Source: Octopus bimaculoides (taxonomy: Eukaryota). Taken from it: a stretch of DNA of 64,000 nt. The notes under the pieces were generated by a model that saw only the letters and a program-made list of their open reading frames with translations, made no database searches and was not told the origin of the DNA. Where the stretch lies: the NCBI RefSeq assembly GCF_001194135.2, contig NC_068998.1:16500297-16564296 (forward strand). Reading direction: 5' to 3'. A program made the position numbers and the translations under genes. Shown piece by piece: positions 1 to 11,722 of this stretch; the stretch's first letter is position 1; the number at the start of each line of letters is the position of its first letter.

Positions 1-66
<66 letters not shown>
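1..66. repeat. (GT)n microsatellite
   Basis: Direct reading. Confidence 0.95.
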
Positions 67-68
<2 letters not shown>

Positions 69-148
69 ATATACATAAATGTATACATACATGGATGAGT
101 TAAAATGACAAATATGCTTGTTGCTAATACTGTAAAGTGGAGGATTAC

Positions 149-289
149 CTGGAACACATCTTGTCCTGTCAAAAGAATGTCTGAAGCCAGAGTCACATAT
201 GCAAATGTAGCCATCACATGATCTGGCCATGCAAGTTGAATGCAGTGGACATTCTGAACTGAGTCGGCAACCATTAAATATTAAGGGAA
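149..289 (-). CDS. Exon of a secreted Cys-rich protein: EGF/EB-like module (V)PLIFNGCRLSSECPLHSTCMARSCDGYICICDSGFRHSFDRTRCVP
   Basis: Minus-strand acceptor ttttttttcag, donor GTAATC; 141 nt, phase 1-1 and open; Cys spacing C-x5-C-x5-C-x4-C-x4-C-x-C-x12-C with CxCxxGF; symmetric phase-1 exons are typical of EGF-type modules. Confidence 0.85.
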
Positions 290-1429
290 CTGAAAAAAAA
301 ATCAACAAAAGGCATGTCATATCTTAAGATACACATATTCCATAAGTAAATAACAAGAAACAATATTAAATCTATATAAAACTATGGGTATATTTTAAAT
401 ATATGTATGCTTTGTATGCATGAAATTTATACTTATATTATGTATTTGGCACAAGCATGGCTTTATGGTTAAGAAGCTTGCTTTGCAACCACATGGTTTA
501 GAGTTCAGTTCCACTGCACAGCACCTTGGACAAGTGTCTTCTGCAACAGGCCTGAACTGACCAATGCCTTGTCAGTGAATTTGGAAGATGGAAACTGTGT
601 GGAAGCACATTGTGTATGTATGTGTGTTATATATATATACATATAAATATACATAGAAAGGGTGAGAGGGAGGGAAAGACAGAGAGATAGATTGGTAAAT
701 AGATAGATAGAGAGATAAATTGATAGACATAAGCTTTTATATACATATATATGTTATATTGATAATTATATACATAACTATATCAAGGGATCGGATGAGC
801 CTCTCCATGCATTAAAAATAGATGCCAAATGGTGCTAAAAACTGCCTTAAGTGTCCTATAGCACAGGTTTTATTTTGCGCTGACCACTTGATAAAATCAT
901 TAAAGTGATTTTATTCTTTGTTTTATATATATATATAGAGAGAGAGAGGGGGGAGGTATGTATGTTTGTTTGTGTTTGTGTATCTCTATTTGTATCTCTA
1001 TCTGTGTCAACCACCACTTGACAACTGGAGTTGGTTTGTTTACATCCCCATAACTCAGCACTTTGGTGAAAGAGACTGATAGAAAAAAAAAGTATTGGGG
1101 TTTTGCTTGATTAATTGTTTCATGGCAATGTCCTAGCATGTCCACAATCCAATGACTGCAAAAGAAACAATAAAATATATTATGAAAAACTATAACCACT
1201 ATAAAAGTGAGATCACAGCCATAGCCTATACTAGTGTCGCATAACCAGCCCATGTAAAAAGCACCATCCGAACGTGGCCGATGCCAGTGCCATTGGCTTC
1301 AGCTAGGTACAGTAGAGTTTGCTGTAACCTGCCTGGGCACTAAGAATAGAAAAATCTGGAACAACTATCAAAAAGCATTTGTACCACAATTCTAACAAAC
1401 AATTCTGACCAACCACAGCCCTGAAGAGA

Positions 1430-1920
1430 GGAGAAAGGGAGGAGAAAGGGTAAATAGGAAGGAAAGGAGGAGAGGGAGTGAGGGTGAAGGAGGAAATGTA
1501 GGGGGAGTGTGATGGGAGGAGGAGATGGAGTGAATTGGAGAGGGAGGGAGGAGATTGGAGAGGAGGGGAAGGAATAGGAGGGGAGTAGCAAGTGGAGTGA
1601 GAGTAGCAAGTGGAGTGGGAGTAGCAAGTGGAGTGGGAGTAGCAAGTGGAGTGGGAGTAGCAAGTGGAGTGAGAGTAGCAAGTGGAGTAGCAAGTGGAGT
1701 GAGTGGGAGCAGGAGTAGGAGGGTGGGGTGAGTGGGAGGAGAGGAGGAAGAGAAGCAAGAGGAGAGGAGGAAGAGAAGCAAGAGGAGAGGAGGAAGAGAA
1801 GCAAGAGAAGAGGAGGAAGAGAAGCAAGAGGAGAGGAGGAAGAGAAGCAAGAGGAGAGGAGTGGGAGAGGAGGAGGAGGAGGAGGAGGAGAAGAAGAAGA
1901 AGAAGAAGAAGAAGAAGCAA
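1430..1920. repeat. Polypurine block: 18-bp minisatellite (GAGTAGCAAGTGGAGTGR, ~6 copies), 23-bp minisatellite (GAGGAGAGGAGGAAGAGAAGCAA, ~5 copies), (GGA)n and (GAA)n
   Basis: Direct reading; accounts for the ORF-track entries between 1303 and 2054. Confidence 0.9.
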
Positions 1921-2790
1921 CAGACTTGGAATGGTATTTTAATTATGAACCTCCAAAAAGTGAAAGGCAAAGTTGACTTTGGTGGGATTTTTAATTGAGA
2001 GTGCAGAGACACAGAAGTAATAACACCACAAGGTATTCTATATGTTGTTCTCACAACTCAGTCAATTGACTGCCTTAGCTCAAGAATTATGACTGCTTCA
2101 TGTCAGAAACTTAAAGATTAGATGAAGACTCACTGGCAAAAAATATTATTCTTTTGTTTTAATCACAGTGACCTCTATATCAAAAAAAGGATCTTGCATG
2201 ATTAATTCTCTAAGCCAAGAAATAGAAGCATAGAAATCAGTGAATAATTATTTTTTGGTAATCTGTTTCATTTGAGCAATAAAACTGTACTGCCAGAGAT
2301 TAAGCACAAGATTCAAACAATAACTTGGATCATAATATATCTGGCAGTGGTCTCCAGCCATTTATTGCACCATGGATTGGTTTCTTGCAAGACAATTTTT
2401 CCACAGACCAGGAAATTACACATAAAAAAACACAAAGTGCATTGTATATAATCTAATGATTACATGCACACACACACAATTACATACATACATACATACA
2501 TATGGTAGGTGGGTAGGTATGTGTATGTATGTATGTATGTAAGTGTGTATGTATATAGGTAGGTAGGTGTATGAGTTTTACAAATGTGAAAAGTAGGATA
2601 TATGTGAAGTCAGAAGACAAAATCAGAAGCCAATAAAAAATATATAAAGGAAAGAAAGTGTGTGTGAATATATAGGCACATATAAAAGAGGGAATTCAAA
2701 AAGATCTAGTAGTGCCTTAAGAGCAATCTATCCAATGAAGTACCCTACTAGCACAGAGCTGTTGCGGAATCATATTTATTTATGTAATTA

Positions 2791-3288
2791 CACTGGGCAA
2801 TGAAAAACAAGTTTATTGTCTGCTACCCAATCAAGTACTAAATCAAGTATGCTGATTCTGAATCTAAACTCAGAATTGCTGTAGCACATCAGAATTTTAA
2901 GTTATGAACATAATTATATATTAATGCTATATTGATATCAGGAATAGTTAAGTTCAAGGTAAATAATTATTATAATAGTATATTAGTATTGTATATAGTA
3001 TATTCATGTTTAAGGCAAATAGTATCATAATATAATGGTACATAGTATATTTATGCTCAGGGAATCCTCACTTTATCTTTGATAAGCTGAGCTCAGAAAT
3101 GTTTTAGACACTTGCTCGTGTACTTATGCATCATGCTGGTCTCCCGTTTAAAGAACCAACAGTAAGTCACCCATCATGTGTGGATTGAACTGGCCTTGAT
3201 ACCTTGTTTCCATCTCAAATATGTCCTGGCGGAACCTCTCACCATGCTCAACACTAACAGCACCAAGATTAGTTGGAAAAGAATCAGC
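2791..3288 (-). mobile_element. DNA transposon 3' relic with a frameshifted transposase C-terminus (3288-3093)
   Basis: Minus-strand translation FPTNLGAVSVEHGERFRQDIFEMETRYQGQFNPHMMGD/YCWFFKRETS...KHF* resembles the widespread motif NLGAVSDEHGERFHQDI...RYQG...DYCW; 1-nt frameshift; candidate TA-flanked terminus CACTGGG at 2791; superfamily not assigned. Confidence 0.7.
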
Positions 3289-3414
3289 GAAAATTGCACG
3301 CATAATATAAAGTAAAAGTTATTCATTGGATCTTATTTGTTTCATAGAGTCAGAGTTATCTACTTCTATTCACACAATGCAGCCTGCTTCATCTCCCACA
3401 ATCAATAATGAAAA

Positions 3415-3830
3415 TATTCTTTTATTCTTTTACTTGTTTCAGTCATTTGACTGCAGCCATGCTGGAGCACCGCCTTTAGTCAAACAAATCGGCCCCAGGA
3501 CTTATTCTTTGTAAGCCTGGTACTTATTCCGTCAGTGTCTTATGCCGAACCACTAAGTTACGGGTACGTAAACACACCAATATCGGTTGTGAAGCGATGG
3601 AGTGGGGGACAAACACAGACACACACACACATACACAAGTACAAGTATATACATATATATACGACGGATTTCTTTCAGTTTCCGTCTACCAAATTGACTC
3701 ACAAAGCTTTGGTTGGCCCGAGGCTATAGTAGGAGACACTTTCCCAAGGTGTCACACAGTGGGACTGAACCCAGAACCATGAGGTTGGGAAGCAAGCTTC
3801 TTACCATACAGCCGCACTTGTGCCTATATG
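3415..3830 (-). mobile_element. tRNA-derived SINE, most abundant family in the window. Other copies at about 455-620, 960-1260, 5080-5615, 5910-6140, 8260-8730, 13035-13430, 21585-21860, 25550-25705, 26310-26420, 27005-27160, 27745-28040, 37985-38150, 58360-58530, 58810-59180, 62180-62570, 63375-63860
   Basis: Recurrent blocks GGCTGTGTGGTAAGAAGCTTGCT, AAGTGTCTTCTACTATAGCC, CTTGTGAGTGGATTTGGTAGA and CAGTCAAATGACTGAAACAAGTAAAAGA, with an internal (CA)/(TA) microsatellite. Confidence 0.85.
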
Positions 3831-4273
3831 TGCAAAATAAAAATAAAATCCAACATCAATTCAGTCTTTACACAACATAGTGAGTGAAGTGTTATTTGCT
3901 TATAAAGGTCACCAAAGACAAGTTGGTTTAGACATGTAGTATGTTATTCACTTAAAGGTGTCAAGTACAGAAAAGATGACACAGTCTATAAACTTGTCAA
4001 CAACTTATTTCACAACGAACAGATAAACATTGCAAGAAAATAGTAATTAAAAAAAATAGAAAAATAGAAAGTGGATAATGTTGTTGTTTTATGAAAGACA
4101 AACTATTTCAACAGAGAATCAACCGATATATACAAACAAAAACTTAATATACTTGTATCCCAAGTTTTGGTTTTTTAAACTTTTTTTTTGATCAGCGTTT
4201 AACTTCTGATTTCTCTTTCTCCATTATTTAGTTTTATATATTTGTTTACTTATTTATTTTATATTTATTTATT

Positions 4274-4311
<38 letters not shown>

Positions 4312-4699
4312 CGTGCATGCTGTGTAACAATCAGCTGACTCAGATACCAACAGTGGTATGTGCAGGAGTATGAGAAGGGTAACAGAACAAGGGATATCAT
4401 AAAATTTTCAGAACAAGCTCATTAATAATAAGTTTAGATCTTTGATAAAAAGGAACTCTTGTAAGAAAATTAATTAGGAATGACACAAATTGATAAAATG
4501 AACTTCAGTACAAAAAAATCAACTAGAACTGACAGAAAAAAATTCTGTAGCTTATGGGAAGATAGAAGGATAGGATTGAGGGCTGGGTCACTGAAAATAC
4601 TCAATTTCTATGTGAATCTGCTTTCTTAATTGTCGTTGCTTAGTTACCTAAAAATATAAAAAGGGTCGACCCTGACTGAGAAGACCTGTCACCAAAAGC

Positions 4700-5030
4700 A
4701 GATATAGGCAACCAGTGACACTTGTGCCAAATATAACCCTTCCGAGATCGTTGCCAGTGCCCCTGGAATGGCTTTTGTGCGGGTGGCACATAAAAGACAC
4801 CATTTCGAGCGTGGCCATTGCCAGTACCGCCTGACTGGCCTTCGTGCGGGTGACACGTAAAAGCACCCACTACACTCTCTGAGTGGTTGGCGTTAGGAAG
4901 GGCATCCAGCTGTAGAAACTCTGCCAAATTAGATTGGAGCCTGGTGTTGCCATCCGGTTTCACCAGTCCTCAGTCAAATCGTCCAACCCATGCTAGCATG
5001 GAAAGCGGACGTTAAACGATGAACGATAAT
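4700..5030 (+). mobile_element. Young SINE with RTE-like tail (GCATGGAAAGCGGACGTTAAACGATGATG). Near-identical copies at 22757-23100 (-) and 62660-63000 (-); older or partial copies at about 36770-37040, 48710-48880, 55380-55560, 56290-56520, 63165-63360
   Basis: Direct sequence similarity among copies. Confidence 0.8.
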
Positions 5031-5939
5031 AGTTTAAGGGCATACAGTATACAGCTTTCATTTTTTAATCTTTTATTTTTTAACCTTTTATTTGTTTCAG
5101 TGATTGGACTGCAGCCACGAAGGGCCATCATCCTGAAGGGTTTAGTCAAACAAATCAAAAGCAGTATTTTTTTTTTTTTTAGTTAGTCTGATATTTATTC
5201 CTGGGTCTCTTTTCTGAAACTGCTAAGTTATGGGGACATAAACAAACCAACACCAGATGCCAAGCTGTGGTAGTGGGACACATCCAAGCACACACACACA
5301 CACACACACGCATACGTGTGTGTGTGTGTGTGTGCATGCATGTGTGTGTGCATGCATGTGTGTGTGCATGCATGTGTGTGTGCATGCATGTGTGTGTGCA
5401 TGTGTGTCTGTGTCTCTGTATGTGTGTGTGTGTGTGTGTGCGTGTGTGTATGTACCACAGGCTTCCAAACAGATTTTGTCACCCAAATCCACTCAAAAGG
5501 CTTTTACTGGCCGGGGGCAGTAGTAGAAGACACTTGCCCAATGTGCCATGCAGTAGGACTGAACTCAAAACGATGTGGTTTCAAAGTGAACTTCTTAACC
5601 ACACAGCCATGCCCACATAATTTTTTTTTTCCCCATTTCTCAGGTGAAAAGACAGTAGCCATGATCCTCTATAAGTCATCCCTGAATGATGGACAAAACA
5701 AAAGTATCCTCACACTAGAAGCCTGACCTGAATGCAAACAACAGAATGTGTTCCATTAAAAGCAACGCAGGCATCAGGCAGTTGTGTCAGACCAAATGAT
5801 GGATTAAGTAGGCCAAGACAGAATTTGAACATGAAAACAAGAAAGAGCTGGAACAGATATTACATAACATCTTGCTCATCCAAACCTCTAAGAGCTGTGT
5901 TAATCCACTGTGCTAGATTGGAGGCAGTGGTGGGGGGGA

Positions 5940-5977
<38 letters not shown>

Positions 5978-6249
5978 ACAGGTTTCTTTCTTCTGCCAAA
6001 TCCACTCACAAGGCTTTGGTTGGCCAGAGGCTACAGCAAAAAAAAAAAACACCTGCCCAAGGTGCCATGCAGGGGGACCGAACTTGGAACCATGTGGCTG
6101 AGAAGCAAGCTTCTTACCACACAACCATGCCTGTGTCTACACAGAATATCATTCAAAAGTATTGAGTAGAAGAAAGACTTGTGTAAAAAATCAAAAGAAA
6201 TCTCAATTGAAGGAATTCAGTATCTTATATATGTACTTATTAGTATACA

Positions 6250-6800
6250 TGTGGAGGCGCAATGGCCCAGTGGTTAGGGCAGTGGACTTGCGGTCATAAG
6301 ATCGCGGTTTTGATTCCCAGACCAGGTGTTGTGAGTGTTTATTGAGCAAAAACACCTAAAGCTCCACGAGGCTCCGGCAGGGGATGGTGGCGAACCCTGC
6401 TGTACTCTTTCACCACAACTTTCTCTCACTCTTACTTCCTCTTTCTTTTGTGCCTGTAATTCAAAGGGCCCGCCTTGTCACACTGTGTCACGCTGAATAT
6501 CCCCGAGAACTGCATTAAGGGTACACGTGTCTGTGGAGTGCTCAGTCACTNNNNNNNNNNTGCTGTACTCTTTCACCACAACTTTCTCTCACTCTTACTT
6601 CCTCTTTCTTTTGTGCCTGTAATTCAAAGGGCCCGCCTTGTCACACTGTGTCACGCTGAATATCCCCGAGAACTGCATTAAGGGTACACGTGTCTGTGGA
6701 GTGCTCAGTCACTTGCCCGTTAATTTCACGAGCAGGCTGTTCCATTGATCGGATCAACTGGAACCCTCGATGTCGTAAGCGACAGAGTGCCAACAAAAAA
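6250..6800 (+). mobile_element. tRNA-head SINE (A box TGGCCCAGTGG, B-box-like GGTTTTGATTCC). Opposite-strand copy at 14750-15140; related heads at about 33535 and 34716
   Basis: Pol III box motifs; the two long copies align along their length. Confidence 0.8.
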
Positions 6801-6817
6801 GTATACATGACTCTTAC

Positions 6818-6851
6818 CTTGAGCAGATATTAATGGAAACAGTAACAAAAC
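6818..6851 (-). CDS. 34-nt exon encoding the end of a signal peptide (VLLLFPLISAQ+1)
   Basis: Acceptor ctttcttttacag, donor GTAAGA; phase 0 in, phase 1 out, which fits both neighbouring exons. Confidence 0.75.
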
Positions 6852-7218
6852 CTGTAAAAGAAAGGAATACACACATAAATTATAAAAGAAAAAAAAAGAT
6901 TAGGCATTTAAAGATTTAAAACATTAAATGTTGATCTTCTCCGATTCTGTTTACCAATCTAAGGCTGATGGTATATAACTAATCTATTCTCTTTATCATG
7001 TCAGATATAGAAAATAACATTTGGTACCGGTTTTGGTAGTTATTTTAGTTGCGTTTTTTAGTTTTGCTTTGGTAATTACACTGTGTAACACGATTTTTGT
7101 CCAGTTCAGAGTAAGTGTTGTAATCTCATCTCTTATATGATATGCTATGCCATGGAAACCAGGTTAAGGTCCAGTTTTATGAGCCCTAGGGTTTATGACA
7201 GACTTCTTTGCCTCCATC

Positions 7219-7268
<50 letters not shown>

Positions 7269-7278
7269 CCTCTCTCTA

Positions 7279-7327
<49 letters not shown>

Positions 7328-8412
7328 CACATGCTCTCTCTTGCTCTCTGTTCTAAACAAATGGAGACAACATAGAACAGAGACAATTCCTTAGTCTTTC
7401 TAGAAACAAAAGAATTCAAATCCTGCCAAAATCAACTTTGCCTTTTGTCCTTCTTCTGGGGATCAATAAAACAAATACAAGTCAAAAATCAGGGTCAATT
7501 TATTCAACACACACACACACACACACACACACAATATCTGGCATAGTGCATATATTAGGAACAAAAAAATCTAGCAAATGCTTTGTGTCGTCACTAAGAT
7601 ATAACAGTACCCTGCTTAAAAAAACACTTATCTACATTTTTTCTTCTGTTGTTTCAGATAAATTGCAAATATGATCAGCTGCTTAAGGAATTAGCTGCAG
7701 AAGATGTAGTTCCAGTTTCAAGATTTGATCCAGTTGTGTGGAATGTTGTGCAAATGCCATTAATGAAAATCTCAAGTAAACCCAACCCTTGCCAATAAAA
7801 TTGTGTAAATTATGAAATTTGTGCAAAGGCATATTGTATGGACAGTATCTATACAAATAAGTCCATAACTATTGTTAATATTTACTTTGTTACCTAGTTT
7901 AAGCCATTAGCATTCAGATTACTCTCTCAAATATAATGCTTATCTATTCACATCGTTTTGGATTAACCATGCATTATCTCATGACTTTGATAATTTGATG
8001 ATGTGATTGTTTATTTTTATAACGACATTGTAGGATATGTGTGAGAAGCCAGATCTAGTCAGTGTGAACATAAAACAGAATATTTGAGCTGGATGTGGCT
8101 GGTTTAAATGCTAAAAGGTTAACTCTATCACCTAGCCCTTGATCCTGTTACAAGCTCTTTCAGTTAAATTCTCTGGTCTAAGGAAAATTTTCCTCCCAGG
8201 GTGATGGTCACCCTGGAAGCCAGAAAAAAATTTGTAAAAAAAAACATAAAATAGAAATAACCATGACTGTGTGGTAAGAAGCTGGCTTCCCAACTACATG
8301 GTTCTGGGTTCAGCCCCACTATGTGGCACCTTGGGCAAGTGTTGTCTACTATAGCCTCAAGCCAACTAAAGTCTAGTGAGTGGATTTGGCAGATGGAAAC
8401 TGAAAGAAGCCC

Positions 8413-8467
<55 letters not shown>

Positions 8468-9436
8468 GTATATATATGTATATGTATGTATGTATATGTA
8501 TATTTCTATGTATGTGTGTTTTTGTGTATGTGTTTGTCCCCCACCACCACCACTTGACAACCAGTGTTGGTGTGTTTACATCCCAGTAAATCAGCAATTC
8601 AATAAGAGAGTTCAATAAAATAAGTACCAGGCTTTAAAAGAAAAAATGAAAACAGGCCTAGGGTCAATTTGTATGACTCAAACCCTTCAAGGTGGTGCCC
8701 TTGTATGGCCACAGTTAAATCACTGAAACAATTAAAAGATAAAAATATATCTGTTATGAGTATAAACCAGAGGACAAGTGAGAAAATGAGAGAAGGCCAG
8801 GTAACTCCAGCTTCAGGTATAAAGGCGCACAACATTTCCTCCGGATCTATCAAACCTGTCTAGGTGGGAACACCAGAAGGGATTTTACAACCCAACCCCA
8901 GGCACTGGAAACTTTTACTATGCTACTAATTTAAAGAAGATTAAGAAATAATTACAATGTGTAACACAATTTTTGTCCTTGAGTAGCAACTCTTATTTCC
9001 TATTTGCTTGTCTCTAGAAGGTATGAAAAATGGCTAATATTTCCTTCAAACTTTGCTTTTGTTATGATATTTATTCAAATCCAAAAGAATTCCTCTCAAC
9101 ACATCACTATGATGCTCCCCAACTGCTCCTGCTCATGATCAGAGAAGCATATATTGTCAGCCACTAAGGGACATGCTCAAGTGTTTATGGTCAAGCAACT
9201 TACAAACAAATTTGTGGTATTGAGCAGAATATTTGCTTTAACAATATTTTTGCTTCAGCAACTCAGCACTGAATCTGTCTGAAATATAATGGAAAATAAG
9301 TCAGTTTCAAAGCAGGTCACAAAAGCAAAGTCTGAAGGTAACAGAAGTCATTTCCTTTGATTTCTAGATAGAAGCAAATAGGGAGTAACAAAAATAATTG
9401 TTACAGTGTCAACTGTACAATAATTGCAGTAATTAC

Positions 9437-9484
9437 CTGTAAAAGTATACATTGGAGTAAATTATCCCACACTTTTTCTACCAT
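9437..9484 (-). CDS. First coding exon (MVEKVWDNLLQCILLQ) of the secreted EGF/EB-like protein
   Basis: caacATGg Kozak context; ends CAG|GTAATT at phase 0. Joined with 6851-6818 it gives MVEKVWDNLLQCILLQVLLLFPLISAQ, a hydrophobic signal-peptide-like stretch. A possible acceptor (ctcttttaaag) would start this exon at 9602. Confidence 0.7.
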
Positions 9485-9699
9485 GTTGAGTGCTCAGTGA
9501 GTTGATGTTATGTGTTCCAGTAGTTAAAGGTACAATCCCTTTGAGAAGGTGTACAGATCCTTAAATTTTAGGGTTCCTTAAAGAAAGGTGCAATACTCAA
9601 TTCTTTAAAAGAGGGTGTTGACTTCTCTAGCTACACTGTGTTGTTAAAGTGATGTCCAGTAGAGATGATACATTAGACTACTGCAATAACTGCACTGTG

Positions 9700-10056
9700 T
9701 TTAGTGGTGGTGGTGGCGGTGGCAGTGGCAGTAGAGGTAGTGGTGGTATTGGTAGTGGTGCTGGTGCTATTGCTGATGCTAGTGTTGGCAGCAACGGTGG
9801 CAGTTGTGGCTGTGGTAGTAGTGTAGGTGGTGGTGCTGGTGCTGGTGGTGCTGGTGGTGCTGGTGGTGCTGGNNNNNNNNNNNNNNNNNNNNNNNNNNNN
9901 NNNNNNNNNNNNNNNNNNNNNNNNNNNNNNNNNNNNNNNNNNNNNNNNNNNNNNNNNNNNNNNNNNNNNNNNNNNNNNNNNNNNNNNNNNNNNNNNNNNN
10001 NNNNNNNNNNNNNNNNNNNNNNNNNNNNNNNNNNNNNNNNNNNNNNNNNNNNNNNN

Positions 10057-10110
<54 letters not shown>

Positions 10111-10286
10111 ATGTGTCTGTAAGATTTGCCCCCTTAATTTGGAACAAACAGGTAGAAGCGGTTCATGGCAGCGCCATACTGAAGAGGTAATCAAGTAGAT
10201 TGGTGATGTGACCAAGTGGAACACTTAACACACCTTTGTTATTACAAGAATAATAATAACAATACTACTACTACTACTACTACTAC

Positions 10287-10339
<53 letters not shown>

Positions 10340-10731
10340 TTAGAAGAGAGCAATGATGATTTTTTTTACTTTAAAAAATATATAGATTTGTTTGAAGATA
10401 TTTTTGGAGAAGTCGAAAATCCTTGTGAAAAACCCATTTATATGGCTGGTAGACACGTTCAGGTAACACAGTCTGGTATTATAAGCAAATATTTGGAAGT
10501 TATGTAGCACAGAGATGATTTAGGTGTTATTGCCACTGTCACATCCCTTTGTTTGTCATCTAACACAAACTTCAGTTCCATTACGCCCACCATTGCCATG
10601 AACTCCAACACCTCCAACCACACTGACTCAGCAAACAAGCACCAATATCATCATCATCATCATCGTCATCATCATCATCACCACCACCACCACCCACATT
10701 AACCTTCTTCCTCTTCTCCCTCATCATTATT

Positions 10732-10771
<40 letters not shown>

Positions 10772-10977
10772 CTACCACCACCACCACCACCACCATCACC
10801 ACCATTACCACTACCGCTATCACCTCAACCACCACCACTATCTGTATTATCATCATCATCATCATCACGACTACCTTGTAACTATCACCACCACCATCAT
10901 AATCACAATCACCCCATTGCCACTAACATCACCACCACCACCACCACTACCACCATCATCATCATCATCATCATCAT

Positions 10978-11023
<46 letters not shown>

Positions 11024-11060
11024 GTCACCTTCACTACAACACCATCACTACAACTACCAC
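9700..11060. repeat. Low-complexity cluster: degenerate (GGT/GCT)n, (GT)n, (TAC)n(TAA)n and long (CAT/CAC)n
   Basis: Direct reading. Confidence 0.9.
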
Positions 11061-11587
11061 CAACAATACCAGAGACGTTTTTTGAAGCATTTATGCCACT
11101 CAAAACATAGCATATGACCCGTTGCCTTATCACCATAAGCTTGTCAGAGCATGCTCAATATCTCTGGAGCAGACTTCCCAAGTTTAACACAAAATTTCAC
11201 ACTGCTTCTGTGTTTCTATCCATGACAAAATTGCAGACTACAGCATACGTGTGATCACAAAAACACAAATTTCACAACTTGTATGTATGCAGGTATGTAC
11301 ATATGTATATGTGCATGTGTGTGTATGTGTATGTGTGTGTGTGTGCGTGCGTGCATGTGTGTGTGTGTAAGTACACTTGTCTCAGCATCCTGTAATACAG
11401 CATCATACAAATGATGTTCATTTCCAGTCTTCCATGAAAAATATATCTGGTCAGGGAAAATATTACATTGCTTGGAAACAAGTGAGGGTTAGCAACAGGA
11501 AGGTCATCCAACTGTGAAAATTTTACCTCAGCAAATTCTGTCTGACCCATACAAGCATGGAAAAGTGGACATTAAACAACAATGACA

Positions 11588-11622
<35 letters not shown>

Positions 11623-11684
11623 TTACAAAAAGCAACTTAAATGAGGACAAAAGACTTATTGATACCCTATTTTAGCACCACCAC

Positions 11685-11722
<38 letters not shown>

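Noticed and set aside
1303-2054. Long overlapping ORFs (poly-L, poly-E/R, HSTCYS repeats)
   Set aside because: Open on both strands and in several frames because of purine minisatellites; no splice or domain support
5179-5726. HT/CV-repeat ORFs and the (CA)n/(TG)n-CATG palindromic array
   Set aside because: Microsatellite expansion inside a SINE; similar arrays are common in this window
6250-6330. tRNA-like sequence; also near 33535, 34716 and 35540
   Set aside because: A/B boxes continue into SINE bodies and no complete cloverleaf is evident; SINE heads, not tRNA genes
6398-6713. 153-bp direct repeat (6398-6550 and 6561-6713)
   Set aside because: Identical copies on either side of a 10-N gap; typical unmerged contig overlap
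9649-11136. Gly/Thr/Met/Val-rich ORFs
   Set aside because: Trinucleotide low-complexity sequence and N runs
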